Source: Gammaproteobacteria bacterium (GTDB lineage: Bacteria; Pseudomonadota; Gammaproteobacteria; Pseudomonadales; Litorivicinaceae). From it: a DNA stretch of 45,459 nt. Each line of letters opens with the position of its first letter. Position 1 is the stretch's first letter. Below the pieces are notes generated by a model. That model was not told the origin of the DNA and searched no databases. It saw only the letters and a program-made list of their open reading frames with translations. A program made the position numbers and the translations under genes. Shown here one piece after another: positions 25,734 through 35,776 of this stretch. Location: NCBI GenBank assembly GCA_010024125.1, contig RGHP01000001.1, forward strand, positions 1 to 45,459, read 5' to 3'.

Positions 25734-25773
25734 TATTAGGATTTTTCTAACCCACGTCAATGAGTTAGAAAAA
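25733..25773 (-). promoter_or_regulatory. Sigma70-like promoter (TTGACG-16bp-TAATAT) for the potF leader, with the -35 flanked by a 10-bp inverted repeat
   Basis: -35 at 25760-25755 and -10 at 25738-25733. Repeat arms TTTTTCTAAC (25742-25751) and GTTAGAAAAA (25764-25773). Confidence 0.55.
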
Positions 25774-25838
25774 ATATTTTTAATACCGGAGCATGATGCA
25801 CGAGCGTGTGGTTTTGTGTAATATCTCGCGCCTAGTGC

Positions 25839-25915
<77 letters not shown>

Positions 25916-26082
25916 AAATTCTATTGAGGTAGCACTGACATCACCTCAAGACACCTTTGTAACCGATAACGACGCCTTCTCTCTAAAAAGAAAAGCAATA
26001 GCGCCAAAAGCGTAATCAAGAGGTGTGAACAACGAATAGCACGACAAACAATTCTTCAGTACTGAAACTCAAAAGGACTGCT

Positions 26083-26213
26083 GATCGCTCTAACCGCTCA
26101 TTGAGCTTCGAGTGGCACGCTTGCGTAAAAAGCTCCCCCGCGTTACTGGAACATCAATTCGTTCAATCAGAGGAGTTGGCTATCAACTGTGCATTCCTTT
26201 GAAGCTTTTATAG
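26083..26213 (+). pseudogene. Frameshifted remnant of an OmpR/PhoB-type winged-helix DNA-binding domain
   Basis: DRSNRSL (26083-26103) then, after a 1-nt shift, ELRVARLRKKLPRVTGTSIRSIRGVGYQLCIPLKLL* (26103-26213). No intact 5' part. Confidence 0.7.
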
Positions 26214-26224
26214 GTTTAGAAACC

Positions 26225-26869
26225 TCAAGCACGCCATGCAGGAATCGAAACGTTGAATGCCAAGACAACGAGCCTCGCGATCGTTGTCACACTCACAGCA
26301 GACACCAACGCAATCCACGGTGCAAAGGCAAGATAATCGAGACCAACAACGATTGCAGAACCAAGAACAGCGAGCGTGATATAGGGCTGATGATCAGAAA
26401 ATGCCTTCGGAACGACATTACAAAAGGTATCTCGTAATACGCCACCGAGCGTACTTGATATCACACCCATCAATATTGCGATGATGACAGACGCGCCCTC
26501 AAATAGTGCAATTTGAGCACCCAGTGCTGCAAAGAGACCCAGACCAATTGCATCAGGTATTTGGATCCATTTTTCTGTTAATTCAGCATGCGACCGTCTG
26601 ATAAAAATCGAGGCAACAAAACACAAAACGATCACAAGCCACAGTAAATGCTCCTGCTCCATCCAAAAGAAAGGACGACGATCGAGCAACAAGTCACGAA
26701 GCGTTCCTCCACCGAAAGCAGAGACACCAGCAACAAAACATACGCCGACAAAATCCATTCCCACTCGGAGGCCTGCTGCCAATCCTGAGAGTGCAAATGC
26801 AATGACAGCAAAGACTTCAATTGTCGCCTGAAGACCTGGCAAGAAAGTCGGGGTTACCGGATCAAGCAT
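26225..26869 (-). CDS. UPF0126 / trimeric intracellular cation channel family membrane protein (YadS-like)
   Basis: AFALSG, GGGTLRDLLL..P.FW, DAIGLG.FA..GA, GGVLRD (internal duplication). Confidence 0.88.
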   Translation of the reverse strand: MLDPVTPTFLPGLQATIEVFAVIAFALSGLAAGLRVGMDFVGVCFVAGVSAFGGGTLRDLLLDRRPFFWMEQEHLLWLVIVLCFVASIFIRRSHAELTEKWIQIPDAIGLGLFAALGAQIALFEGASVIIAILMGVISSTLGGVLRDTFCNVVPKAFSDHQPYITLAVLGSAIVVGLDYLAFAPWIALVSAVSVTTIARLVVLAFNVSIPAWRA

Positions 26870-27020
26870 GATCGAAAGCTCCTAGACGAATAACAATGCA
26901 TTAACGCGTACAACAACAGATGAAGCAATCTTGGACTGCCAAAGTTATCTTGTCGCCATTCTGTAGCAATTAGAGCGCATCATCGTTTTTGGGAAATTTC
27001 ACCAATTTGGAATACATGCA

Positions 27021-27188
27021 ATGAGTGACAATAAAAACCATATTTACAGCGAGCAGATCGAATCCATTCGTCAAGCGATTCTAGAGGCATGCGCCGACCA
27101 CGATGTGTCGCGCCAACAGATACTTGAGGATCTGCTGTTGTGGGAAGAAATCGAAGAGCACTTAAAAGACTCGAAACAGCCGGATTGA
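27021..27188 (+). CDS. Small acidic hypothetical protein (55 aa), not in the ORF track
   Basis: MSDNKNHIYSEQIESIRQAILEACADHDVSRQQILEDLLLWEEIEEHLKDSKQPD*. GGA lies upstream, and the stop is 1 bp from the convergent azlD stop. Confidence 0.55.
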   Translation: MSDNKNHIYSEQIESIRQAILEACADHDVSRQQILEDLLLWEEIEEHLKDSKQPD

Positions 27189-27189
27189 T

Positions 27190-27516
27190 TTATAAACCGA
27201 AGCCTTGAATACCGACCACATACACCCCTGTTCCCGCTAGAATACTGAGCAGGGGATTTCTTAAGTAAGCATGTAAAACGATCACGATAGCTAAAGACAG
27301 TCCCGACAGCCCCCCGCGATCGATAGACTCAATCTCAAGACTCACCAGTCCAAAGTACACCAAAACCACCATGATCATCGGCGGTAGCGACTTCCCATAA
27401 CGATCCAGTATGGGATGCCTTGCAACCTTGGAAAGCGCAACAAATGGCAGCGCCCGCGTGATGAAAGTTGCAACGCCCATCACTGCAAAAATACCGAGAA
27501 GATAGGCGTTATCCAT
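27190..27516 (-). CDS. azlD: Branched-chain amino acid exporter small subunit (AzlD family)
   Basis: TFITRALPF, LPP.IM..LV, RN.LLSI..GT; directly downstream of azlC. Confidence 0.85.
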   Translation of the reverse strand: MDNAYLLGIFAVMGVATFITRALPFVALSKVARHPILDRYGKSLPPMIMVVLVYFGLVSLEIESIDRGGLSGLSLAIVIVLHAYLRNPLLSILAGTGVYVVGIQGFGL

Positions 27517-28198
27517 GCACTCCCCCACTGCGTAATCGCACGACCAGAACTGCTAAGCACAGGCCAATCGCAACCAACAGGAATTGATTTGGAAACAGGC
27601 TATATGCCAAGACCGATGCGCCGAGTGCGACCACTAGCAACCACCGCTCACTCATTGTGCGGACTTGTTCGATCAATAACACGAGGAATAAGGCAACCAA
27701 AGCAAACTCAAAACCACGCGAATCAAACGCAAAAAATGACTGAAGACCCGCGCCTAATGCGCATCCAATCACCCAGTACGATTGGTTAAGTCCTGTGAGG
27801 TACGCAAAGTAACGCGCCCCCCCTGAAGATGCAGGCGGTTTTGCTGTAATCAGTGAATATGTTTCATCTGTCAGACCAAAAATCAGGTACCAACGGGTCA
27901 AGCCGCCTTTTGGATAACGGCTCATGACAGAGAGACCGTAGAAAATATGGCGAGAGTTTAAAACCAGCGTGGCAACAAATGCTTCCGCATACGACACACC
28001 AGCGGCTAATAACCCGACAGCCATAAATTGCGCTGATCCGGCATAAATCATAACGCCCGCAAGTGGCGCAAAGAGCCAGTGATATCCAAGACCCTGAAAC
28101 AACACCCCGAAGGCCATCCCGAGCGGGACATAGCCAAACATGACTGGCGCTGAATCCTTAAAAGCCTCTATAAAGTCAGAGGCAACAGATTGGCTCAA
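27509..28198 (-). CDS. azlC: Branched-chain amino acid exporter large subunit (AzlC family)
   Basis: PVMFGYVPLG.AFG, YAGSAQF, NSRHIFYG, LTDETY, YWVIG. Confidence 0.9.
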   Translation of the reverse strand: MSQSVASDFIEAFKDSAPVMFGYVPLGMAFGVLFQGLGYHWLFAPLAGVMIYAGSAQFMAVGLLAAGVSYAEAFVATLVLNSRHIFYGLSVMSRYPKGGLTRWYLIFGLTDETYSLITAKPPASSGGARYFAYLTGLNQSYWVIGCALGAGLQSFFAFDSRGFEFALVALFLVLLIEQVRTMSERWLLVVALGASVLAYSLFPNQFLLVAIGLCLAVLVVRLRSGGVHG

Positions 28199-29214
28199 TC
28201 AAGCCATCCTTTCAGCTCTCGACGCGCCAAATACTCAAGAACCGCCATCCCCTCATCGGAAGCATTCAGACAATCGAGCGCCACTAATTGATCACCACCA
28301 GCTTCTTGGAAGGTCTCATTCAAGCCAATCGCGATCTCTTCAAGAGTTTCGACACAGTCTGAGAAGAACGCAGGACTCACAACGGCAACGCGCTTCACGC
28401 CTTGGTGACCAAGCTCTTCGATTAACTCATCGGCATAGGGCTTCAACCATTCTTTCGGTCCAAAGCGTGATTGAAATGCCACTTTGAACTGCTCTTCAGG
28501 CCAACCAAGAGCCTCTCTTAATAGGCGACCAGTCTTTTGACATTGGCAATGATAGGGATCGCCTTTCAGCAAATACTCTTTAGGCACTCCATGGAAGCTC
28601 GCAACCAGAACCTCTGGCTTCTCTTCAAGCGCATCAATCTGTTTTTGAACAGATTTCGCCAATATTTGGATGTATTCAGGATCATCATAAAAAGGCGGTG
28701 CAACACGGATAGTCGGCTGCCAACGCATCGCTTTCAATGTATCGCCGATCTTATCGACAACAGACCCAGTCGTACTCGATGCATATTGCGGATACAGAGG
28801 AACACACAGAATTTTCCAACAGCCGTCATCAAACATGGTGTTGATCAACGAGGGAATGGATGGGTTTCCGTAACGCATCGCAAACTCAACGCGCACAGAA
28901 TCACCAAAGCACTCTTGTAATTGTTCGGTCTGCTCACGCGTGATCGTTCGAAGCGGCGACTCGTCTAACTCGTTATTCCAGATCTCACGATACGCAGCCG
29001 CCGATTTTTTCGGGCGAAACGTCAAAATCGGCCCCTGTAAAATCAGTTGCCACAAAATTTGCGGTAACTCGACAACGCGCTTGTCGCTTAAAAACTCACC
29101 CAAGTACCGACGCATCGACCAATAATCGAGAGCATCTGGTGTTCCTAGATTAATTAAAAGCACACCAATTTTCGGGCTTGGGACCTTGGGGTGGTCAGAT
29201 GGCATCGATGACAT
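28195..29214 (-). CDS. hemH: Ferrochelatase
   Basis: GVLLINLGTP, YLGEFLSD.RV, AMRYGNP, PLYPQY, SFHG.P, FQSRFG..EWL.PY, DCVETLEEI. Confidence 0.95.
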   Translation of the reverse strand: MSSMPSDHPKVPSPKIGVLLINLGTPDALDYWSMRRYLGEFLSDKRVVELPQILWQLILQGPILTFRPKKSAAAYREIWNNELDESPLRTITREQTEQLQECFGDSVRVEFAMRYGNPSIPSLINTMFDDGCWKILCVPLYPQYASSTTGSVVDKIGDTLKAMRWQPTIRVAPPFYDDPEYIQILAKSVQKQIDALEEKPEVLVASFHGVPKEYLLKGDPYHCQCQKTGRLLREALGWPEEQFKVAFQSRFGPKEWLKPYADELIEELGHQGVKRVAVVSPAFFSDCVETLEEIAIGLNETFQEAGGDQLVALDCLNASDEGMAVLEYLARRELKGWLD

Positions 29215-30476
29215 TAAATCAAATCTCGCTGTGTTAACTGTGTCAGAAGCTTCAGCATCAGTTCAGGATCCTTGGTTCCACAAGTCTCCCTTGCTGAATG
29301 CATCGCAAATTGAGCACATCCTAGATCAATCGTATCGATACCTAGACGTCCAGCTGTCAGTGGTCCGATTGTGCTTCCACAACCGAGATCGGCTCTACTT
29401 GAAAAATATTGTAACGGAACATCGGCTCGCTCAGCCGCCTGCTCAATGATTCCTTGCGTGATTGCCGTGGTCGCATAGCGATGGTTTGCATTGACCTTGA
29501 CCACCGGACCCTCATTCAAAAGCGGTCGATGGCCTTCATCATGCTTGGATGCATAGTTCGGATGCACACCATGGGCGTTATCAATTGAGACCATGAGACT
29601 GTTCACGCGTACCCGCTCGAAATCTGCCTCGATTGTCGCCCGGCGTAAAACCGATTCTAGGAATGGGCCATCGGCACCGCTGGCTGAGACACTGCCGATC
29701 TCCTCATGATCGTTCAACACAATCATCGCTCCCTCAGCACTCTCGTTCTGGATCAGAGCTTCAGTTACGATGAAACAACTCAATAAATTATCGAGACGTG
29801 CGCTCGCTAAAAATTCACTCTCAAGACCAATCACCTGAGACCCTTCAACTGGGTAAGCACATATCTCAAATGCCGATATCTCTTCGGGCGCTCGATCGAG
29901 CTCTTTTGCTAACAACTCTTTGAAATTCAGATCTGCATCTTTTTCAGCACGGCACAAGATCATTGGTAGCTCTTCGTGTGGATTGATCTTACGACCACTG
30001 TTTGCATCCCGATCAAGATGAATCGCGAGATTCGGAATCATTCCAACCGCGCGTTTAAAATCAACTAATTCAGAGAGCACTGATCCTTCGTTGGCAATCG
30101 CAACTCGGCCAGCGAGCGACAAATCTCTATCAAACCATGTCGATAAAAGTACCCCGCCATAGACCTCAAGTCCGAGCTGAAAATAGCCCTGTTTCTTCAT
30201 CACTGGCTCAGGTCGAACCCGAAGATTTGGACTATCGGTATGCGCACCAAAAATAGTCCAGCCCACAACATCAGTGGGCTGACGCCATGCAACAAGCGCC
30301 CCATCGGACCGCACGACAAAGTAAGCAGCACCTGCTTCAAGCGCCCATGCAGAACGCTCATCAAGTCGTACAAAACCCGCTCGCTCGAGACGCTCTGAAA
30401 CATTGGCAACTGCATGCCAGGGTGTCGGAGAGCAATCAAGAAAATCGGTTAACCGGCCGATAAAAGGTGACACCAT
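29214..30476 (-). CDS. M18-family aminopeptidase (aspartyl aminopeptidase-like)
   Basis: SPTPWHAV, AHTDSP, YGG..WFDRDL, IPNLAIHL, RLDNL, DHEEIGS, HPNY, GSTIGP, MHSARE. Start taken as ATG 30476. Confidence 0.92.
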   Translation of the reverse strand: MVSPFIGRLTDFLDCSPTPWHAVANVSERLERAGFVRLDERSAWALEAGAAYFVVRSDGALVAWRQPTDVVGWTIFGAHTDSPNLRVRPEPVMKKQGYFQLGLEVYGGVLLSTWFDRDLSLAGRVAIANEGSVLSELVDFKRAVGMIPNLAIHLDRDANSGRKINPHEELPMILCRAEKDADLNFKELLAKELDRAPEEISAFEICAYPVEGSQVIGLESEFLASARLDNLLSCFIVTEALIQNESAEGAMIVLNDHEEIGSVSASGADGPFLESVLRRATIEADFERVRVNSLMVSIDNAHGVHPNYASKHDEGHRPLLNEGPVVKVNANHRYATTAITQGIIEQAAERADVPLQYFSSRADLGCGSTIGPLTAGRLGIDTIDLGCAQFAMHSARETCGTKDPELMLKLLTQLTQRDLI

Positions 30477-30567
30477 TTTTAAATCCAAGTTGTCTCTCCG
30501 GGGGTTGCGTTCTAAGGTGTGTGGAAGCATAACAGGATAATTAAGGTTCAATAGGGTTAGACGCAAG

Positions 30568-32604
30568 GTGTCGATAAGAAGTTTATTGCGCAAATTCGAG
30601 ATCAAAGGGTTGGTGATCGCATTCACGTGTGTGTGGATGGGAAGTGCTTACGCACTATCGATCGAACCAACACAAGAAGACAGTATTCTCGCCCAGATGA
30701 TTACCCGCGAACTTGAACGCAGACATTTGGCCTCGGATGCTTTGTTTGCTGAGCGTAAGCCGATGGTCGGACAACTGATTTTGAAAGCAATCGATCCATC
30801 ACGCTCTCTGCTTACTCAAGACGATATTCGACAAGCTGACATTGATCGATTACCCGACCAAATCGAACGTGGCCGTTTGAATACTGTGTATCAACTGTAC
30901 GGCCTCTCTTTGACTCGATCTGAAGAGCGTCTGGATTATTGGCTCGATATCCTTAATCAAGGCGTTGGATCGATTGATTTGTCCGATCAAGAAGAACTTC
31001 GCATCCGTGATGAAGAAACCCCATGGGTTAGCGATCTCACATCGCTTAAGGACTTGTGGCGGAAACAGTTGGAAAACCAAGCCATTGGTCTCTTGCTCGC
31101 TGACCGGACTGAAGACGAAACCTACAAAGCACTGATTCGGCGCTATAACAGCCAGAAAAACAGAATCGAGCAAACCCGTCCTGACGATATTTTTGCAGGC
31201 GTCATTAATGCATATGCGAGTGCCTATGACCCACACACGTCCTATCTGCCACCAGCGGATAGTGAGACATTCAACATCAATATGTCCCTGTCACTCCAAG
31301 GCATTGGGGCTGTCCTGCAATCTGAGGATGAATTCACGAAAGTCGTGAGCTTAATTCCCGGCGGGCCTGCTGAAATGGATGGCCGACTAAAGCCCGCTGA
31401 TCGAATTTTGAGTATCGCCCAGGGCTCGCAGCCTTTTGAAGATGTCGTCGGTTGGCGCTTAGATGAAGTCGTGCAGAAGATTCGTGGACCCAAAGGATCT
31501 CAGGTTCGCCTCGAGGTGCAAGCTGGTGACGATGTGCCACATCGAGAAATCGTTCTCATTCGTGACCGGGTTCAACTCGAAGAACAGTCAGCAAAAAGCC
31601 AGATCATCGAAGCCGGCAAGAATGGCGAAAAAATTGGAATTATTACGATTCCAACGTTTTATTCCGACTTCACTGCAAAACAAGCGGGTGATCCCAACTA
31701 CCGAAGCACAACACGCGATGTAAAAAAACTTCTTGAGGAATTACGTAACCAAGATGTTCAAGGTGTGATCGTTGACTTGAGAAATAACGGCGGCGGCTCA
31801 CTGCAAGAAGCGTATGAACTCTTTGGTTTATTCATTCCTCGCGGTCCAGTCGTTCAAATCCGAAGCGCTGGTGGTCGAACCGACGTCCGAGGTGATCGCG
31901 ACCCTGAAGTATCGTGGGAAGGACCGATGGCTGTGTTGGTCAACCGCTTAAGCGCATCAGCAAGTGAAATCTTCGCCGGCGCAGTTCAGGACTATGGCCG
32001 AGGCCTTGTGATTGGTTCACAAACTTTTGGCAAAGGTACCGTTCAAGCCTTACTCCCTGTCAACGAGGGACAGCTCAAACTGACCATCGCAAAATTTTAT
32101 CGGATCTCTGGCCAATCAACACAGCATCAGGGTGTGATACCTGACATCCAATTCCCGTCAGCTTTTGATCCAAAAGAAATCGGTGAAAGCGCTCTCGATA
32201 CGGCATTACCCTGGGATCAGATCCGTTCACTAAGATATCGCCCACTCGACACGCCACAAGCACGCGTTGCTCAATTGATTGATCGGCATCAAGCGCGTAT
32301 CGCGACTGATCCCAATTTCAAAGCACTGTTGAAGCGAACAGAGCGCGCACTTGAGTTGAGCAGTGAAACAGGCATTTCTTTACACCTTGCGACGCGGATC
32401 AAAGAGCGCGAGGACAATAATCAGGCACTACTTGATATCGAAAATGCACGTCGCACTGGTCTCGGATTGCCAACAATTGAGAGTATCAGTGAGTTGGAAA
32501 GCGACGGCAAAGAAGCAGATCCTAAAGACGATGCCAGCTTGATGGAGTCGGCGCGGATTCTATTAGACGAGATTCAGATTAATCCGCGTCTCGCGGGGCT
32601 CTAG
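30568..32604 (+). CDS. prc: Carboxy-terminal (tail-specific) processing protease, S41 family
   Basis: DPHTSY, PDZ motif LQGIGAVL, DLRNNGGGSL, SASASEIFAGA, TFGKGTVQ, GVIPDI. Confidence 0.93.
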   Translation: MSIRSLLRKFEIKGLVIAFTCVWMGSAYALSIEPTQEDSILAQMITRELERRHLASDALFAERKPMVGQLILKAIDPSRSLLTQDDIRQADIDRLPDQIERGRLNTVYQLYGLSLTRSEERLDYWLDILNQGVGSIDLSDQEELRIRDEETPWVSDLTSLKDLWRKQLENQAIGLLLADRTEDETYKALIRRYNSQKNRIEQTRPDDIFAGVINAYASAYDPHTSYLPPADSETFNINMSLSLQGIGAVLQSEDEFTKVVSLIPGGPAEMDGRLKPADRILSIAQGSQPFEDVVGWRLDEVVQKIRGPKGSQVRLEVQAGDDVPHREIVLIRDRVQLEEQSAKSQIIEAGKNGEKIGIITIPTFYSDFTAKQAGDPNYRSTTRDVKKLLEELRNQDVQGVIVDLRNNGGGSLQEAYELFGLFIPRGPVVQIRSAGGRTDVRGDRDPEVSWEGPMAVLVNRLSASASEIFAGAVQDYGRGLVIGSQTFGKGTVQALLPVNEGQLKLTIAKFYRISGQSTQHQGVIPDIQFPSAFDPKEIGESALDTALPWDQIRSLRYRPLDTPQARVAQLIDRHQARIATDPNFKALLKRTERALELSSETGISLHLATRIKEREDNNQALLDIENARRTGLGLPTIESISELESDGKEADPKDDASLMESARILLDEIQINPRLAGL

Positions 32605-32920
32605 GTGGTGGCACCATCGAAAGGGGAGTGACAGTGCCTGCTTTGCTATCGCGAATGCGGGCGGGGCCTGAGTCTTCCACCTCATCAATCCGAATCACAG
32701 CATGCATTGGGATATAGCTCCGTTTAACGCCTTGAAACTCCGCTTTGAGCTTTTCTTCAGATGGGTCGACCAGTAAACCACTGCGCTCACCGAACACAAA
32801 CTCTTCGACTTCAATGAAACCATAGAGATCACTCGAGTAGATTTGCTTTGCAAATACTTCGAACACTTTGTCTTGACTGACAAACTGAACGCGGAAAGTT
32901 GGGTCGGGAGTTTTAGCCAT
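32579..32920 (-). CDS. DUF1820-family protein
   Basis: F..QDKVFEVFA..IY.SDLYGFIEVEEFVFGERS..VDPSEEKLKAEF.GVKRSYIPMH..IRIDEV, with a GAGGA RBS. Confidence 0.85.
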   Translation of the reverse strand: MAKTPDPTFRVQFVSQDKVFEVFAKQIYSSDLYGFIEVEEFVFGERSGLLVDPSEEKLKAEFQGVKRSYIPMHAVIRIDEVEDSGPARIRDSKAGTVTPLSMVPPPRAPRDAD

Positions 32921-33037
32921 CATGATCCTCGATTTCGGGGCGCGTAGTCTGTCGATCTTTACCTGTTCCGTCAAGAACACCCGTGCAATTTCAAGCACTT
33001 CGGACTATACTCGCGCGCCCACGAACAAGGAGATGGG

Positions 33038-34378
33038 ATGACAGCAAAACTCTTCATCAAGACCCATGGGTGTCAGATGAACGAATACGATTCGGACCGC
33101 ATGGCTGACCTGCTGAAAGATAGTCACGCATTGACCGTTACTGACGCCCCCGATGATGCTGAAGTCATTCTCATCAACACCTGCTCTATTCGTGAAAAAG
33201 CGCAGGAAAAAGTGTTCTCAGAATTGGGCCGTTATAAGGCTCTCAAAGAATCCAATCCAAATCTCATTATTGGTGTTGGTGGCTGTGTTGCATCCCAAGA
33301 AGGCGATGCCATTCGTCAGCGCGCACCATTTGTCGACCTCGTCTTCGGACCTCAGACATTACACCGACTACCTGACATGCTTGAAGCGCGGCGGAGAGGC
33401 GGAGAGGCACAAGTCGATATTAGCTTCCCCGAAATTGAGAAATTCGACCGCCTTCCTGAGCCAAAACTTGAAGGCCCAAGTGCGTATGTCAGCATCATGG
33501 AAGGATGCAGCAAGTACTGTACGTTCTGTGTCGTCCCATACACCCGCGGTGAAGAAATTAGCAGACCCCTTGATAATGTGCTTCAGGAAGTGCTCGCGAA
33601 CGTGGACCAAGGGGCTCGAGAAATTCATCTTCTGGGCCAGAACGTCAATGCCTATCGCGGTGAAACCGATGATGGCGATACCGCTGATCTCGCAGATCTA
33701 ATTCGCATCATTGCTGAAATACCAGAGGTGGAGCGCATCCGGTTTACAACAAGCCACCCTGTCGAGTTTTCAGACGCGTTAATTGACTGCTTCAAAGATG
33801 TCCCCAAGCTTGTCAGCCATTTGCACTTACCGGTGCAGTCTGGATCAGATCGCATCCTGGCTGCGATGAAGCGTGGTCATACGGCACTTGAGTACAAGGC
33901 GAAAATTCGGAAGATCCAAGAGGCTCGTCCTGGCATTAGCCTGTCTTCAGATTTCATCATCGGGTTTCCAGGCGAAACCGATAAAGACTTTGAGAAGACA
34001 ATGGAGTTAATTGAGACCGTTGGTTTTGATGTCAGCTTCAGCTTTATCTATTCAGCGCGCCCTGGAACTCCTGCATCAGACCTCAAAGATGAAACCGACC
34101 AAGCAACCAAGAAGGCTCGTTTGGCGGCATTGCAAGCACGAATCTCCCAAAATGCGCAGAAGATCAGTCGAGACATGGTTGGCACTTTACAATCAGTCCT
34201 AGTCACCGGCCCTTCAAAAAAAGATCCTGGCGAACTGTCTGGTCGCACAGAGAACAATCGCGTTGTGAACTTCCGTTCCCACCAAACAGATCTCATCGGG
34301 CGTTTTGTCGAATGTGAAATTGTTGATGCATATCCAAATTCGTTGCGAGGCCAAATGACCTCCAAGGCACCTTGGTAG
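33038..34378 (+). CDS. miaB: tRNA-2-methylthio-N6-dimethylallyladenosine synthase
   Basis: [21 protein letters not shown], radical SAM motif CSKYCTFC, C-terminal TRAM domain. Confidence 0.96.
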   Translation: MTAKLFIKTHGCQMNEYDSDRMADLLKDSHALTVTDAPDDAEVILINTCSIREKAQEKVFSELGRYKALKESNPNLIIGVGGCVASQEGDAIRQRAPFVDLVFGPQTLHRLPDMLEARRRGGEAQVDISFPEIEKFDRLPEPKLEGPSAYVSIMEGCSKYCTFCVVPYTRGEEISRPLDNVLQEVLANVDQGAREIHLLGQNVNAYRGETDDGDTADLADLIRIIAEIPEVERIRFTTSHPVEFSDALIDCFKDVPKLVSHLHLPVQSGSDRILAAMKRGHTALEYKAKIRKIQEARPGISLSSDFIIGFPGETDKDFEKTMELIETVGFDVSFSFIYSARPGTPASDLKDETDQATKKARLAALQARISQNAQKISRDMVGTLQSVLVTGPSKKDPGELSGRTENNRVVNFRSHQTDLIGRFVECEIVDAYPNSLRGQMTSKAPW

Positions 34379-35322
34379 TGGACGTCCGTCAGTTCGTACT
34401 CGAACCCAATGACGCCCGTCGGCTTGCGTCATTATGTGGTCGCCAAGACACCCACTTAAGGCTGATCGAATCACGACTTCCTGTCACTATTCGAAATCGT
34501 GGCAATCAATTCGAAATCGAGGGTGAAGTCGATGCGACCAAAGCATGCGCTCGCCTTTTAGATCAGCTTTATCGAGAAACCAGAGATTCTGAGTTGACCG
34601 ACGACACAGTGCATTTGCACCTCCAAGAAGCATCAACCTATCAAGAGGATGCTCAAGCCTCGATCGTTATCGACACACCGAAACTAAAAATCAAACCACG
34701 CGGAAAGAATCAGCTCGGCTATATCGACGCGATCCGTTCTCATGACGTGAATTTTGGTATCGGTCCTGCCGGCACAGGTAAAACATGGCTTGCTGTTGCA
34801 TGCGCCGTTGATGCGCTCAGGCGTGATCAGGTTGAACGGATTATTTTAGTTCGACCTGCGGTCGAAGCTGGTGAGCGACTCGGCTTCTTGCCAGGAGATC
34901 TTGCACAAAAAATCGATCCCTACCTGCGCCCTCTATACGATGCACTCTATGAGATGCTTGGCTTTGACAAAGTGACCAAGCTACTCGAACGTCAAGTCAT
35001 TGAGATTGCACCGCTCGCTTACATGAGAGGTCGCACACTGAATCACAGTTTCATCATTTTGGATGAAAGCCAAAACACCACCCGCGAACAGATGAAAATG
35101 TTCTTAACGCGCCTTGGGTTTGGCTCAACTGCTGTCATCACTGGTGATCCAAGTCAGATCGATCTGCCACGCAAATCTGATTCAGGACTCACGCATGCAT
35201 GCCGTGTTCTAGAATCTGTTCGAGGTATTTCAATGACGCGATTCAACTATAAAGATGTTGTTCGACACCCATTGGTGGGCCGCATCGTTGATGCCTATGA
35301 CAAAGCTCAAGATGAACATTGA
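34372..35322 (+). CDS. ybeZ: PhoH-family ATPase
   Basis: [46 protein letters not shown]. Confidence 0.94.
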   Translation: MVVDVRQFVLEPNDARRLASLCGRQDTHLRLIESRLPVTIRNRGNQFEIEGEVDATKACARLLDQLYRETRDSELTDDTVHLHLQEASTYQEDAQASIVIDTPKLKIKPRGKNQLGYIDAIRSHDVNFGIGPAGTGKTWLAVACAVDALRRDQVERIILVRPAVEAGERLGFLPGDLAQKIDPYLRPLYDALYEMLGFDKVTKLLERQVIEIAPLAYMRGRTLNHSFIILDESQNTTREQMKMFLTRLGFGSTAVITGDPSQIDLPRKSDSGLTHACRVLESVRGISMTRFNYKDVVRHPLVGRIVDAYDKAQDEH

Positions 35323-35776
35323 ATTTGAGGATGCGACCGGAAATTGTCCGATCGCCTTGGATCAAGTCATTACTTGGGTCAATGCAGCACTCGCAACTGA
35401 AACAGAGGGTTCGACTGAGCTCGCGATTCGAGTGGTCAATGCAGATGAAGGCCAGGAACTGAATGCAACCTTTCGGGGAAAGGACTATCCAACCAACGTA
35501 CTGTCATTTCCAGCAGATATTCAGTTACCCGATGGTCCAACACTACTGGGCGATATCGCAATCTGCCTTCCGGTGGTCGAACAAGAAGCATCCGAGCAAT
35601 CGAAACACTTTGAACAACATTTTGCGCATATGGTGATCCACGGATGTCTCCATCTCATGGGCTACGATCACGACAATGATGACGATGCTGACGCAATGGA
35701 AGCTAAAGAAATCGGCATTCTTGCGAATCTCGGCTATCCTAACCCCTATCTGAGTCAGGAACAGAAAGATACATGA
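35312..35776 (+). CDS. ybeY: rRNA maturation endoribonuclease
   Basis: LN..FRGKDYPTNVLSF, LGDI.IC, HMVIHGCLHLMGYDH. Confidence 0.95.
   Translation: MNIEFEDATGNCPIALDQVITWVNAALATETEGSTELAIRVVNADEGQELNATFRGKDYPTNVLSFPADIQLPDGPTLLGDIAICLPVVEQEASEQSKHFEQHFAHMVIHGCLHLMGYDHDNDDDADAMEAKEIGILANLGYPNPYLSQEQKDT

Noticed and set aside
25924-25949. TTGAGGT...ACCTCAA hairpin as the tRNA terminator
   Set aside because: A 7-bp stem with a large loop and no U-tract is too weak to call.
30477-30626. N-terminal extension of the M18 aminopeptidase ORF overlapping prc
   Set aside because: Family similarity starts near MVSPF (30476); the extension is promoter DNA between divergent genes.
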